A DNA stretch of 64,000 nt from a virus, in IMG/VR virus record IMGVR_UViG_3300045391_006247; one strand, 5' to 3'. The notes beneath the pieces are model-generated. The model made no database searches. It saw only the letters and a list, made by a program, of their open reading frames with translations, and was not told where the DNA came from. Positions 55,651-64,000 of the stretch are shown here, piece after piece. Both the position numbers and the translations under genes were made by a program. The stretch's first letter is position 1; every line of letters starts with the position of its first letter.

Positions 55651-55693
55651 GCGTAATTACACAACAATACTATCTTAAATAACGTAACTACGC
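55651..55693. promoter_or_regulatory. Paired operator
   Basis: GCGTAATTACAC at 55651 and ACGTAACTACGC at 55682. Confidence 0.7.
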
Positions 55694-56038
55694 AATAGTA
55701 GAACGCCAAGACGCCACCAAAATCCGATCGCGCTCTATCAATTCTTCGCGCCATGCCAGCAGCAGGGATACTGCCTCTTCAAACTCAGCACCGAATCGAC
55801 AAATCTTAGACTCGATCTCCCCTGTTGGCTTGTACTGCCAAGGTAAGTCGTGGTATTCGCGCCAGACTGAGCCGTAGGGAAGCCAATAGGCGATCGGGTC
55901 TAAGACGCTATGAAAGTTCTGGGTGGGGTCGTAGGGGGTAAATATGCCCTTCTGCATGTCGATACAAGTGCAGATGATGTAGGGGCGATCGGATTTTGGG
56001 GTGGGGGTGTCGAGGGTTAAGGTGAGTTGTTGGGTCAT
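55688..56038 (-). CDS. Hypothetical protein
   Basis: 116 aa, ATGA coupling. Confidence 0.6.
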   Translation of the reverse strand: MTQQLTLTLDTPTPKSDRPYIICTCIDMQKGIFTPYDPTQNFHSVLDPIAYWLPYGSVWREYHDLPWQYKPTGEIESKICRFGAEFEEAVSLLLAWREELIERDRILVASWRSTIA

Positions 56039-56226
56039 CCGATCGCCTCGCTAGTTGAAAATCTAAACAGACAGTCACCACATTCTCTGCGCCGATAAAT
56101 TGTGTTATCGCTTTTCCGATCGCGTGTTTCGAGTATGGATATCCGTTGACCGCCGCACTTAGGGCAGGGCATAACTGCGCTTAAAGATTTGCGATCGTGC
56201 CTTGGTTTTGTTCGTTGCGTTGTCAT
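56035..56226 (-). CDS. NrdR-like N-terminal zinc ribbon protein
   Basis: MPCPKCG...LETR...IYRRRECGDCLFRFSTSE. Confidence 0.8.
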   Translation of the reverse strand: MTTQRTKPRHDRKSLSAVMPCPKCGGQRISILETRDRKSDNTIYRRRECGDCLFRFSTSEAIG

Positions 56227-56435
56227 CCAATCGCCTCCAATTGTGAATGCCACCAATAAGCCGATCGCCCTTCCCGATCTAGCCTGTAGTACGGTTCTGA
56301 CTCACTCCGCATCAATTTCAAGGGGCGATTGCCGTCAAACCCTGTGTTGCCTGCCACGCAAGCCATCACTACTTCGTATTGCAGGGCGGGATTGCCTTTG
56401 AGTTGAACGCAATCGCCCGGTTGGAATGGGGTCAT
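56223..56435 (-). CDS. Hypothetical protein
   Basis: Start at ATG 56435 (MTPFQPGD). Confidence 0.6.
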   Translation of the reverse strand: MTPFQPGDCVQLKGNPALQYEVVMACVAGNTGFDGNRPLKLMRSESEPYYRLDREGRSAYWWHSQLEAIG

Positions 56436-56944
56436 GCGATCGCCTCCCCGTTTTCCATGTCGCACAACAACGAATGCGCGATTAATCCCGCATCAGCCCT
56501 GTTGTGGTTGCGTTTAACCGATCGCGGAGCCTTGTATATCAGGCTATGGCGACACTCAGGATAGAGCGCGATTAATTGCGCGATCGATGCATCTTTTGAC
56601 TCTCCTGTTAACCCTGACGATCGTTTCCACTTGGCAGCAGGGACACACTCAACGGGAATGCCGAGGGTTTGCAGGACACTAACGCACATCTGCTGATGCT
56701 TGATTAGGGATAGGACGCGCCAAACAGAGCCCTTTTGAATATCTCCCCACCAAATCGTTTGGTCTTCTATGCGACCAATACAGGACAAGTGCAGGAAGGG
56801 AGAAACGATCGCGGATAATGATTTCTCTTCATTGAGTCCGGGTAGGTCTTGGATTGCGATCGCGCCATCAGGGGTGATAATCGCGATCGCGCCTTTGGAG
56901 TTTTCGGCTACGCCTGGGTCGATGCCGATGATGACTGGCTTCAT
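56432..56944 (-). CDS. RuvC-like Holliday junction resolvase
   Basis: IIGIDPG, IED, VPAAKWK, RADAGLIA acidic motifs. Confidence 0.8.
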   Translation of the reverse strand: MKPVIIGIDPGVAENSKGAIAIITPDGAIAIQDLPGLNEEKSLSAIVSPFLHLSCIGRIEDQTIWWGDIQKGSVWRVLSLIKHQQMCVSVLQTLGIPVECVPAAKWKRSSGLTGESKDASIAQLIALYPECRHSLIYKAPRSVKRNHNRADAGLIAHSLLCDMENGEAIA

Positions 56945-57222
56945 TTCACCGCCTCAATCAAACTTTGCGCCATCCGATCGCCCTTTGCTGTCTGCTCGTA
57001 GTATCCAGGTGTGGGATGAATCCAAATCAAGCCGTACTTTCGCAGGGATTGAACAGCTTTAATAACGCGATCGGGGGAAATCATCCCTTCTCGGATTGCC
57101 CCGAGGATCATTGACTCGTCGGAGTTGGGATTAGCGCCGATCGCGAGTAAGACTAGGGCTTCGTCTAGGGTGAGCTGTGGGGTGAGGATGCCTAAAGCTT
57201 CGAGAAATTTCTTGAATATCAT
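56941..57222 (-). CDS. Winged-helix-like hypothetical protein
   Basis: 93 aa, ATGA coupling. Confidence 0.6.
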   Translation of the reverse strand: MIFKKFLEALGILTPQLTLDEALVLLAIGANPNSDESMILGAIREGMISPDRVIKAVQSLRKYGLIWIHPTPGYYEQTAKGDRMAQSLIEAVK

Positions 57223-58223
57223 GATGCTACTCCTGCGATCGCTTTTGCTAAATTACACGGGACACCATTGCCAATTATTTTTGATGCAAGTTTTGAGTTG
57301 TTGGGCAGTTCGTACCAGTCGGGCAGGGTTTGCAATCTAGCCAAGCATCGAGCATTCAGCGCTACTATTCGCCCTTCGTCCCAAGCTCTGACAGGTTTTT
57401 TATTCTGACTTGCTTTAAGAGTGAAGCAAGGTTCTTGACGATCGCGGATCGTCACGGATGATCCGCGATCGTTCGCAGTGCCATCAACCAAAAATGCTCG
57501 CCTTGGTGCAATTGATGTGCTGACCGTAAACGAAGGACTACCACCTACCCGGTAGTTAAGCCCTCCTTTTTCAAGCGATCGAGCGTTTTGCCCATCAACT
57601 AAAATTGACGAATAAACTTCCGGCATTAAATCAAGTTGCCACTGGGCAAAACTTGATTCTGGCAATAAAGGAATTAAATCCTCGATCGACTCATACCATC
57701 CCTGCCATTTTGTTGACTCCGACAATGGCGCAGGGAAGCCACCTAAAACCGCTCGTAAAATCAATCGCTTGCGGTTCTGGGGAACGCCATAGTCAGCAGC
57801 GTCTAGGATGTCTACGTTGCACCAATAACCCAAACCCCAAAGGGTATCCACAATCTTTCGAAATGACCAGAAAACACGGTATCCGGCAACGTTCTCAAGG
57901 GTAAAAGATTTGGGCTTGAAGCACTCGATCGCCTCGCAACAGGAAAGGGAGATCGCTTTATCTAGTTCACCTTCACCACCTTTTGAGTTGGCGATAGAAG
58001 CATTCTGACAGGGTGGAGAAATGTGCAAGTGGTCTGGGCGTTCCGCGTTATGCCAATTGAATCCGATCGCAGAGTCCACGTAGACTTTGTGCTTGAGATT
58101 GGCAGATGCAACTTCGGCGATTGACGGTTCTATTTCAATCCCCCAAATGGGATTAAGTCCAGCAGACTGAAACCCAATATCTGCAAGTCCTCCACCAGTG
58201 CAAATTGAAGCAAAAGTTTTCAC
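57219..58223 (-). CDS. DNA cytosine-5 methyltransferase
   Basis: FASICTGGG (motif I variant), SPPCQ, LENV, DAADYGVPQNRKR, RLQTLPD, IGNGVP; GTG start 58223. Confidence 0.92.
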   Translation of the reverse strand: MKTFASICTGGGLADIGFQSAGLNPIWGIEIEPSIAEVASANLKHKVYVDSAIGFNWHNAERPDHLHISPPCQNASIANSKGGEGELDKAISLSCCEAIECFKPKSFTLENVAGYRVFWSFRKIVDTLWGLGYWCNVDILDAADYGVPQNRKRLILRAVLGGFPAPLSESTKWQGWYESIEDLIPLLPESSFAQWQLDLMPEVYSSILVDGQNARSLEKGGLNYRVGGSPSFTVSTSIAPRRAFLVDGTANDRGSSVTIRDRQEPCFTLKASQNKKPVRAWDEGRIVALNARCLARLQTLPDWYELPNNSKLASKIIGNGVPCNLAKAIAGVAS

Positions 58224-58567
58224 GCTGCCTTCCTCTCGCGTAGTCTTGTAAGTCCCAATCGCTGTTGTGGGGTAAGCGCTTCCCATACCTGCAACTTTTG
58301 GGCAGGGGTGAGATGGGTTAGTAAGTCCATATCTTCTACAGAAACGCTCTCTAGAATCGCGATCGCCACTGCGGTGAGGGTTTCTATCTCCGACTCGTTT
58401 AACGCGCTCTCAGAGCGATCGGGAGAGCAATCAGCGAGCATTGCAGGCGTGTTATTGGGCAATCCCATCAGAACTACCTCGCCATTCTTTTTTAATCGTC
58501 GGGTGACGGTGAAGGCTCCGTGCTGTTTATGAAAGGCGCGATCGCCCACGTTCGGAATCCAGGACAT
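58220..58567 (-). CDS. Hypothetical protein
   Basis: 115 aa, first gene after the paired operator at 58583. Confidence 0.65.
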   Translation of the reverse strand: MSWIPNVGDRAFHKQHGAFTVTRRLKKNGEVVLMGLPNNTPAMLADCSPDRSESALNESEIETLTAVAIAILESVSVEDMDLLTHLTPAQKLQVWEALTPQQRLGLTRLRERKAA

Positions 58568-58582
58568 AAATCATTCCTTGTT

Positions 58583-58624
58583 GCGTAACTACGTAATATT
58601 GTAGCAACAATCGCGTAAGTACGT
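58583..58624. promoter_or_regulatory. Paired operator
   Basis: GCGTAACTACGT at 58583 and GCGTAAGTACGT at 58613. Confidence 0.7.
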
Positions 58625-61341
58625 CAAAAAGGTTCAGCGGTTGCCAAAAATTCCTTGATTTCCTCTTCACTCATCTTCTTAAAGTCGATCGGCTCGTCTT
58701 TTTGGTGGTGTCCGTTGCTGTTTGAGGGGGCGATCGGAGTGTGTTCCAACCCCTGTTCCAACCCCTTTGAGTAGGTTGGAACGCTTGAAACCCTTGCTGT
58801 GCTTGAACCGTTCCAACCGTGGCAACCGTTCAAGCTGTTTTCCCTAGAGGGGTCAGAGTTCTCTTGTAATTGGGGGGTGGTTGGCTCACTCTCTTCTTCT
58901 TTATTTACTAAATCTTTCTTTGAGGTTGGAACAGTTATACACAGTTGGAACAAACTTGATTTTTCAAGGGTTTCAGCCGTGGCAACCTCCCCTGATGGGT
59001 TGGAACAGGCTGACACGGGGGTTGGAACGGCTTCATCTGGCTTCTCCCAGACTCGGGTTGGAACTCCGTCAATCCGTTTCTTCTTGCACACCCACCCCAT
59101 CGATCGGAGGGTGTCAGCAACCCGCATCTGTGCAGCTTTGTCGTGCTTGCTCTTTTCCAATTCAACGCAATTCTCAAGGATGCCTGACACGGTGACATGC
59201 TGAGCCATTACAAGATACTCACGGATGTAAGACGCCCAAGCATCCTCTGATTGATAGTCGTGGGCAATCTCGTCGGCAGCAAGCTCTTCCACTCCCCACA
59301 GATGCCAATGCACCCCACCTTTGTACAGTTGCATTGCTGCCGCCCAAATCCGATCGCGCTCCTCAATTAGGGTGGATGTGTCAATCTGCTTGATCGAGGG
59401 GTGGACGGGGATAATCCAAAATCGACGGTTCCCGGTCGAGTCGTTCAGGAATTCGTCCTGGTTGGTTGTGCCCACAATCACCGATCGCCGTGGCATATCC
59501 ACCACCGATCGCGCATAGGGAGGGCGAACCTTGTCGTTGGCAGAGGATAGGAATGATTTTGTTTGGCTGACATCTTTCCGTTTGAACACCGTCTCAAGCT
59601 CTGCCCACTCCATGAACCAAGTTTGATGGAGTTTTAACTTTTCGTCTTTGTCGCCAACGTTGCCCAAAGAATCGTCAAACCAATCTCCCCCTGCTAGGGC
59701 TTTAAAAAAGCTAGACTTCCTGACGCCCTGCTTACCCTGAAGAATTAGAGCGGAGTCATGCTTACAACCAGGCTGAAGAACTCGGGCACAGGCTGCAATC
59801 AGAAAACGAATCACAAAAATTGTGTAGATGGGGTCAGATTGCCCGAAGTAGCGATCGGCAATACACCGCAAAATTTCTAGAGAGCCTTCCTTCTCCCCAT
59901 GCTGCTCATAGACTTTGTTGAGATACTCGGCTACAGGGTGGTATGAATTTTGTTTAGCAATTTTGACCACCAATCCGCTGACGTCTTCGGCTCCAGAAGC
60001 AATAAACAAGCCGTAATCAATCATCAGGTCAGCGCGTGCCGAATCAACGTCTAGCTTCTCCCCATCTAGCTCAACGATACCCCTCAGTTCGTTGTAGCGA
60101 AGCCGATCGCCCATCAATCTCTTGATTCGCTTGTAGTCGGCAACCAACTTTTGATCGTTCTCATCTGGCTCCAAATCTTCCGCAATCTTTCCCTTAAATT
60201 CCGTAACTCCGGAAACCTTGGACGCAGAAACATCAGCCATAGCAGTTTCAATCCCTTTTTCAATGATTTTCCGAACGAACGCAGCACCCTTCTGACTCAA
60301 GACATCATCAATCCCCTTGCCCGATCGTTTATCCCACTTCGCGACCCCAACCTTGCACCCCTTCGCCCGCAGCAAATTCCCCGTCGATCGAATTGCAGCC
60401 CTGACTGCGTCACGAGTCGTTTCCTTTTCGTCCTGGTCGTAGCAAAAAACGATCGGGCGACCTTCCGAAGCCATCGCCTCAATTTCAGGGATTAATCGCG
60501 CAGGTAAGTTTTTAACGTCATCCTTCCGCCTGTAAGCCCCCCAAATGCCAGGAATGGCGATCGCGTTATACCCCAAAGAAACCAACGCACCCGCCTTCTT
60601 TCCCCCTTCAACGAGGATTAAAGGGATGCTTGGGGCGTTCTTTACCTTCACCCAACGATCGGGCTTTGTGGGGTCTTCTAAAAATATGGCTCCAGTGTCA
60701 ACCTGGTTGGGGTTGACGTATTTGACAAGCTTGTCTGGCTTTTGTGTGTCAGGGCGAGGTTGGTTTGGCTTCAACTGCCCCCAATCTTCTCTGCGGCTCC
60801 AGTTATTCAGGGGATCTAATCCAGTAAGCCACCACCCCCCATCGCCGTCGACTAGATTTTGATTTTGGTTCAGAATTCGCTTGAGTGGCTCTGTGGGATA
60901 TGACTTGACGTTTTGAATCTTCTCCGAAACTTCCTCGCAGATGATCTGCAACGCCAGTTCCCCATCAACCGATCGCACATTGGCGGCAACAATCTCGGGG
61001 TTGACTCCAGATGCAATCCACTCATCCCAATGGGGTTGGGTGATGTGACTAGGACGGGCGATCGGGTGTTTGTCAGTGTTAATAAAAACTGACTCGCTTA
61101 CCTTCTTAAACTTTGCTGCCGACAACCCTGACAGCTCAAATGCTTTTTCAATGTGCCGATCGGCGTCAAATCCTGGATACTTCAAGCCATTGCCAAGGTC
61201 AGCCAGCCGCCGCATTCTCCATTCGGGAATTCCGCACTTCTCCGCCTCAGACTTGACCAAAGCATCGGTGTAATACGGATTAGTCAGTGAATCTTTCCGT
61301 AAAAGCGCGATCGATGCTATAATTTGTTCAAAGTTTTGCAT
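58624..61341 (-). CDS. Primase-helicase: DUF3854-like Toprim domain plus VapE-type SF3 helicase
   Basis: ILVEGGKKAGAL, FCYDQD, KGIDD (Toprim); PGCKHD..LILQGKQGVRKSSF and TTN..EFL.DSTGNRRFW (VapE). Confidence 0.92.
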   Translation of the reverse strand: MQNFEQIIASIALLRKDSLTNPYYTDALVKSEAEKCGIPEWRMRRLADLGNGLKYPGFDADRHIEKAFELSGLSAAKFKKVSESVFINTDKHPIARPSHITQPHWDEWIASGVNPEIVAANVRSVDGELALQIICEEVSEKIQNVKSYPTEPLKRILNQNQNLVDGDGGWWLTGLDPLNNWSRREDWGQLKPNQPRPDTQKPDKLVKYVNPNQVDTGAIFLEDPTKPDRWVKVKNAPSIPLILVEGGKKAGALVSLGYNAIAIPGIWGAYRRKDDVKNLPARLIPEIEAMASEGRPIVFCYDQDEKETTRDAVRAAIRSTGNLLRAKGCKVGVAKWDKRSGKGIDDVLSQKGAAFVRKIIEKGIETAMADVSASKVSGVTEFKGKIAEDLEPDENDQKLVADYKRIKRLMGDRLRYNELRGIVELDGEKLDVDSARADLMIDYGLFIASGAEDVSGLVVKIAKQNSYHPVAEYLNKVYEQHGEKEGSLEILRCIADRYFGQSDPIYTIFVIRFLIAACARVLQPGCKHDSALILQGKQGVRKSSFFKALAGGDWFDDSLGNVGDKDEKLKLHQTWFMEWAELETVFKRKDVSQTKSFLSSANDKVRPPYARSVVDMPRRSVIVGTTNQDEFLNDSTGNRRFWIIPVHPSIKQIDTSTLIEERDRIWAAAMQLYKGGVHWHLWGVEELAADEIAHDYQSEDAWASYIREYLVMAQHVTVSGILENCVELEKSKHDKAAQMRVADTLRSMGWVCKKKRIDGVPTRVWEKPDEAVPTPVSACSNPSGEVATAETLEKSSLFQLCITVPTSKKDLVNKEEESEPTTPQLQENSDPSRENSLNGCHGWNGSSTARVSSVPTYSKGLEQGLEHTPIAPSNSNGHHQKDEPIDFKKMSEEEIKEFLATAEPF
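58741..59030 (-). repeat. Ori-like iteron region inside the 3' end of the primase-helicase gene (copy D)
   Basis: Many GTTCCAACC/GGTTGGAAC and GGTTGCCAC units in both orientations around an AT-rich core. Confidence 0.85.
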
Positions 61342-61389
61342 TGGTTCGCTGCCCGCAGTCGGTTCTTAGCCGCTGCGGGTATTTTGTTT

Positions 61390-63177
61390 TCAATATTTGG
61401 CGTAAGCAATCAACTGTTGAGATGCACGGGACGATGCAACATAGATGAGCCGCGATCGGGTCGCAACATCCCTGCACTGCATCATGTTCTGATGGTCAGA
61501 AAACACATAATCGTAGGTTCCGCCCTGGCTTTTGTGGACGGTTGAGGCAAAAGAGTATTGCAGTCGCTGCATCAACTTCCCTTTTGCAACCAAACTGAAC
61601 TGCTCTAATAGCTCAAAATACATGCGCCAGTGCTTTTTCTTTTCAGCTTTATCTTCGGACGTCAACGCCTTGCGCTTTTCTGTGGCAACCATTTCAGCGA
61701 CGATCGACATAGACTTTAAGTCGATCGTCATTACGTTAACCCCAAAACCCTCGTCAAGCTGAACTCCCACCCAGTTGACATGAATGACCTCGCTATTGAT
61801 GTGAATAAAATCGGGGATAACAGATTCCACTACCCCTTCGTCACAGGTCTTCATCAGGGTTTCGCTTTTTTCGCCGTAGTCAGTCATCACTTTACGAATG
61901 ATAGGCTCGTTCGCCATTACCCGATCGCCCTTCATAAAACGAACAACATCGGGCGAGACTCCGGTCAATGCAAATCTAATTTTTGAGTTCAACTCATCGA
62001 CTCTCTTGTTTGTCCACGCCAACGCTCGCGCACCCGTGGGATTCTGCTGAATATCGATCGTCTTGAACGTCTCAATCATTTCGCGTTCCCAGATTTCGCG
62101 CCCACCCAGTCTGATCAGATTGCCAGTGTCTGTCTCGAACTTGGCAATCTGGGGAAGGAACTGGGAACCCTCGTCAATCGCATCGGCAATGGCGTCAACA
62201 TAAAACGCGATCGCGCCGTCATATCGCACGACTTTTGTTAGCTCAATTCCGCAGGGCAGGCTAAACACAGGGGATAATTCCCCAACCATATTAGTTTCGT
62301 CCTCAACCGGGAAAAGTTGCCGGTGATCTCCCATTAATATTGTGGGAACGCTTGACGCAACGAACTTAAACAGTTCTTTGCCTGTCATCGACTGTTCGTC
62401 AGCAATCACCAAGCCAAACTCGTTCCAGTGCGGCTCTTGACTCCAAGTATTTACCTCAAGCTTTGTTTTGCCGTTGTGGTCAGCTTTTCCTGGAATTAGA
62501 TGAAGCAAGGAATGCATCGTCGAAACATGACAAGCAAGTCCGATCGATGCTGCAAAGTTCTCCAGGATGGCGCGAGCGCGATGCGTTGGAGCGGTCAAAG
62601 CTATTTTTAATCGTCTGCCGTTTCTTGCCTCATAAGTAGCCGCGATCGACTTGGCGATGCGTTGAGCTGTGTGGGATTTTCCAGATCCAGGGCGACCCGC
62701 TAACACGAAAGGCTCATTCACCCCGTCAGGGGAGAAGAACCATTCATGTGCTAAATCAAAAGCCTGAGCCTGTTGCTCATTAAGACCCGATCGCCATTCA
62801 GAAGTTAGCCAAGGCTTTTCATCAACAACTGGCACGATCGCAACCGCACCACGTTTAATGGGCTTCGCTATTACGCGATCGGTTGGAGTATATAGCGTAA
62901 TTTCGGAATCATCAGACACAACAAAACGTCGCACCTCTTCAACAGAAGGGAGGGTAAAGCCACTTAACTGTTTGCGGTACTTTTGCAGCATGACCGCAGC
63001 CGCAACTAACTGCCGATCGCTCAGCGGTCTATCCAACCCCGCTAAATCATGCCCTAAACGGCTATCAAAACCGTTAAAGCCAACCCCGTCATCCTCGATC
63101 GCGCCGTCGCACTTGCCCGCCAAATATCGGAGACACTCCCCGATCGCATCTCGAACCGAAACTTTTGACTGCGTCAT
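61390..63177 (-). CDS. Dda/RecD-like superfamily 1 helicase
   Basis: GRPGSGKS, TAPTHRA, IADEQSM, MGDHRQLFPV, STVHKSQGGT; start at ATG 63177. Confidence 0.9.
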   Translation of the reverse strand: MTQSKVSVRDAIGECLRYLAGKCDGAIEDDGVGFNGFDSRLGHDLAGLDRPLSDRQLVAAAVMLQKYRKQLSGFTLPSVEEVRRFVVSDDSEITLYTPTDRVIAKPIKRGAVAIVPVVDEKPWLTSEWRSGLNEQQAQAFDLAHEWFFSPDGVNEPFVLAGRPGSGKSHTAQRIAKSIAATYEARNGRRLKIALTAPTHRARAILENFAASIGLACHVSTMHSLLHLIPGKADHNGKTKLEVNTWSQEPHWNEFGLVIADEQSMTGKELFKFVASSVPTILMGDHRQLFPVEDETNMVGELSPVFSLPCGIELTKVVRYDGAIAFYVDAIADAIDEGSQFLPQIAKFETDTGNLIRLGGREIWEREMIETFKTIDIQQNPTGARALAWTNKRVDELNSKIRFALTGVSPDVVRFMKGDRVMANEPIIRKVMTDYGEKSETLMKTCDEGVVESVIPDFIHINSEVIHVNWVGVQLDEGFGVNVMTIDLKSMSIVAEMVATEKRKALTSEDKAEKKKHWRMYFELLEQFSLVAKGKLMQRLQYSFASTVHKSQGGTYDYVFSDHQNMMQCRDVATRSRLIYVASSRASQQLIAYAKY

Positions 63178-63190
63178 TGGGTTACCTATT

Positions 63191-63233
63191 GCGCAATTAC
63201 ACAAACAGTTTAGCTTTTATTACGTAACTACGC
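63191..63233. promoter_or_regulatory. Paired operator
   Basis: GCGCAATTACAC at 63191 and ACGTAACTACGC at 63222. Confidence 0.7.
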
Positions 63234-63295
63234 AATATAGACGCAAAAATTGAGCGGGTGGAGATTCCGCTCTTTAAAAGGAACAGTCATGCTGT

Positions 63296-63625
63296 TTAAC
63301 CTGCTGCTTTGTTTTTCTGCTTCATTTTTCTTGACGCGATCTCTTCATCAATATTAATGGCAGAGACAACATCTTCTACTTTTAGGGAGATGCCGACAGC
63401 GCTCAGTTGGTAGCACAAAATATATAGGGTCGCAACCCCAATATCTTGGCGCTTTTTCCCTCCCATCAAGTCGCGCAGTACGGAGCCAGAGACTTTCGCT
63501 TCACTAGCCAGAGTAAACAAACCCTTCCCTGTTTTCTTTAAGTAAGAGTCAATAGCGTTTTGTATGACTTGCAAATGAGGGGGAACACCCTCATGTTTTG
63601 TGGATTCGATCGTGCTAATCTTCAT
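63296..63625 (-). CDS. Cro-like HTH regulator
   Basis: LFTLASEAKVSGSVLRDLMGG; divergent from the repressor. Confidence 0.7.
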   Translation of the reverse strand: MKISTIESTKHEGVPPHLQVIQNAIDSYLKKTGKGLFTLASEAKVSGSVLRDLMGGKKRQDIGVATLYILCYQLSAVGISLKVEDVVSAINIDEEIASRKMKQKNKAAG

Positions 63626-63695
63626 GTGTTTAGGTAAAAACTCCTGTTGAAACGGAAAAATCTAGAGTTAATCGCGTAACTACGTAAATACTATC

Positions 63696-64000
63696 ATGCC
63701 TAAAGCAGTCCGACCAGAATTAATTAAATTTGGACGAGAGATTAAGAATATTATTGAACAGTCCGGTTACAGCATGTCCGCCTTTGCGGAGAAGTTCAGC
63801 ATCCCCAAGACGATCGTCTATGAAGCCGCGAAGGGGCAGACAATGCCCGGAGCTGAAACACTAGGGGCGATCGCACGGGGTTTATCTCAGATTTCAGGGA
63901 AAAAGATCACTGTTGACGAACTGCTGATCAAGACTGGACTGAAAGAAGAACAAGAAGATCAAGAAGAACTGCGGACAATACCGAATTCCAAGTTACTTTG
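63696..64000 (+). CDS. CI-like XRE repressor, 3'-truncated (not in ORF track)
   Basis: ATG 63696: MPKAVRPELIKFGREIK...SMSAFAEKFSIPKTIVYEAAKGQTMPGAETLGAIA; operator GCGTAACTACGT at 63674. Confidence 0.8.
   Translation, partial: MPKAVRPELIKFGREIKNIIEQSGYSMSAFAEKFSIPKTIVYEAAKGQTMPGAETLGAIARGLSQISGKKITVDELLIKTGLKEEQEDQEELRTIPNSKLL

Larger units (their letters stand above)
1..64000. mobile_element. Temperate cyanophage or excised prophage with Mu-like head module and tyrosine integrase; incomplete at both window edges
   Basis: Terminase, portal, protease, capsid, tail, integrase, primase-helicase and repressor genes fill the window; no host housekeeping genes; dense HIP1 sites. Confidence 0.95.

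Noticed and set aside
87-63253. Numerous 60-170-aa track ORFs antisense to or nested in longer genes (e.g. 5756..6115, 21382..21888, 44112..44561, 60151..60495)
   Set aside because: They overlap well-supported genes on the other strand or frame, lack motifs and ribosome-binding sites
1-64000. HIP1 (GCGATCGC) abundance as a novel repeat
   Set aside because: Known cyanobacterial feature; used only as host evidence, with its placement at junctions reported separately

Overview
The whole 64 kb window is one temperate tailed phage of a cyanobacterium. The HIP1 octamer GCGATCGC and its core CGATCG occur throughout, and I see no host genes, rRNA, tRNA, CRISPR array or reverse transcriptase. Both ends are truncated: the window opens inside a tape-measure-like gene and closes inside an XRE repressor. 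Layout: tape-measure end and distal tail genes (1-3.2 kb, +); tail-fibre, baseplate and Mu-like head genes plus terminase (6-32 kb, mostly -); C39 peptidase and an accessory region with a diguanylate cyclase and a membrane/ATPase-HNH module (32-47 kb); SSB-like operon, candidate attP and tyrosine integrase (47-51.6 kb); and a leftward early/replication operon with Xis, DUF5131, RuvC-like resolvase, C5-methyltransferase, primase-VapE helicase, Dda/RecD-like helicase and Cro/CI switch (51.6-64 kb). The strongest novel candidate is a family of three paralogous proteins. They share a ~165-aa N-terminal module (acidic F-x-E motifs plus a Cys4 motif) fused to different C-terminal effectors: a zincin protease, a J-domain and a PI3/4K-HipA-like kinase. 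Two of them sit where Mu-like phages keep MuF, and there is no muF gene in the window, so I infer a non-MuF, possibly protease-processed virion-cargo/polymorphic-effector system. Other notable signals: three non-coding ~300-bp copies of the iteron-rich 3' end of the primase-helicase gene, a phage-encoded GGEEF diguanylate cyclase, Shine-Dalgarno+CGATCG linkers at most early-operon gene junctions, and a genome-wide paired operator (GCGTAATTACGC). All family assignments come from reading motifs by eye; no database search was run.
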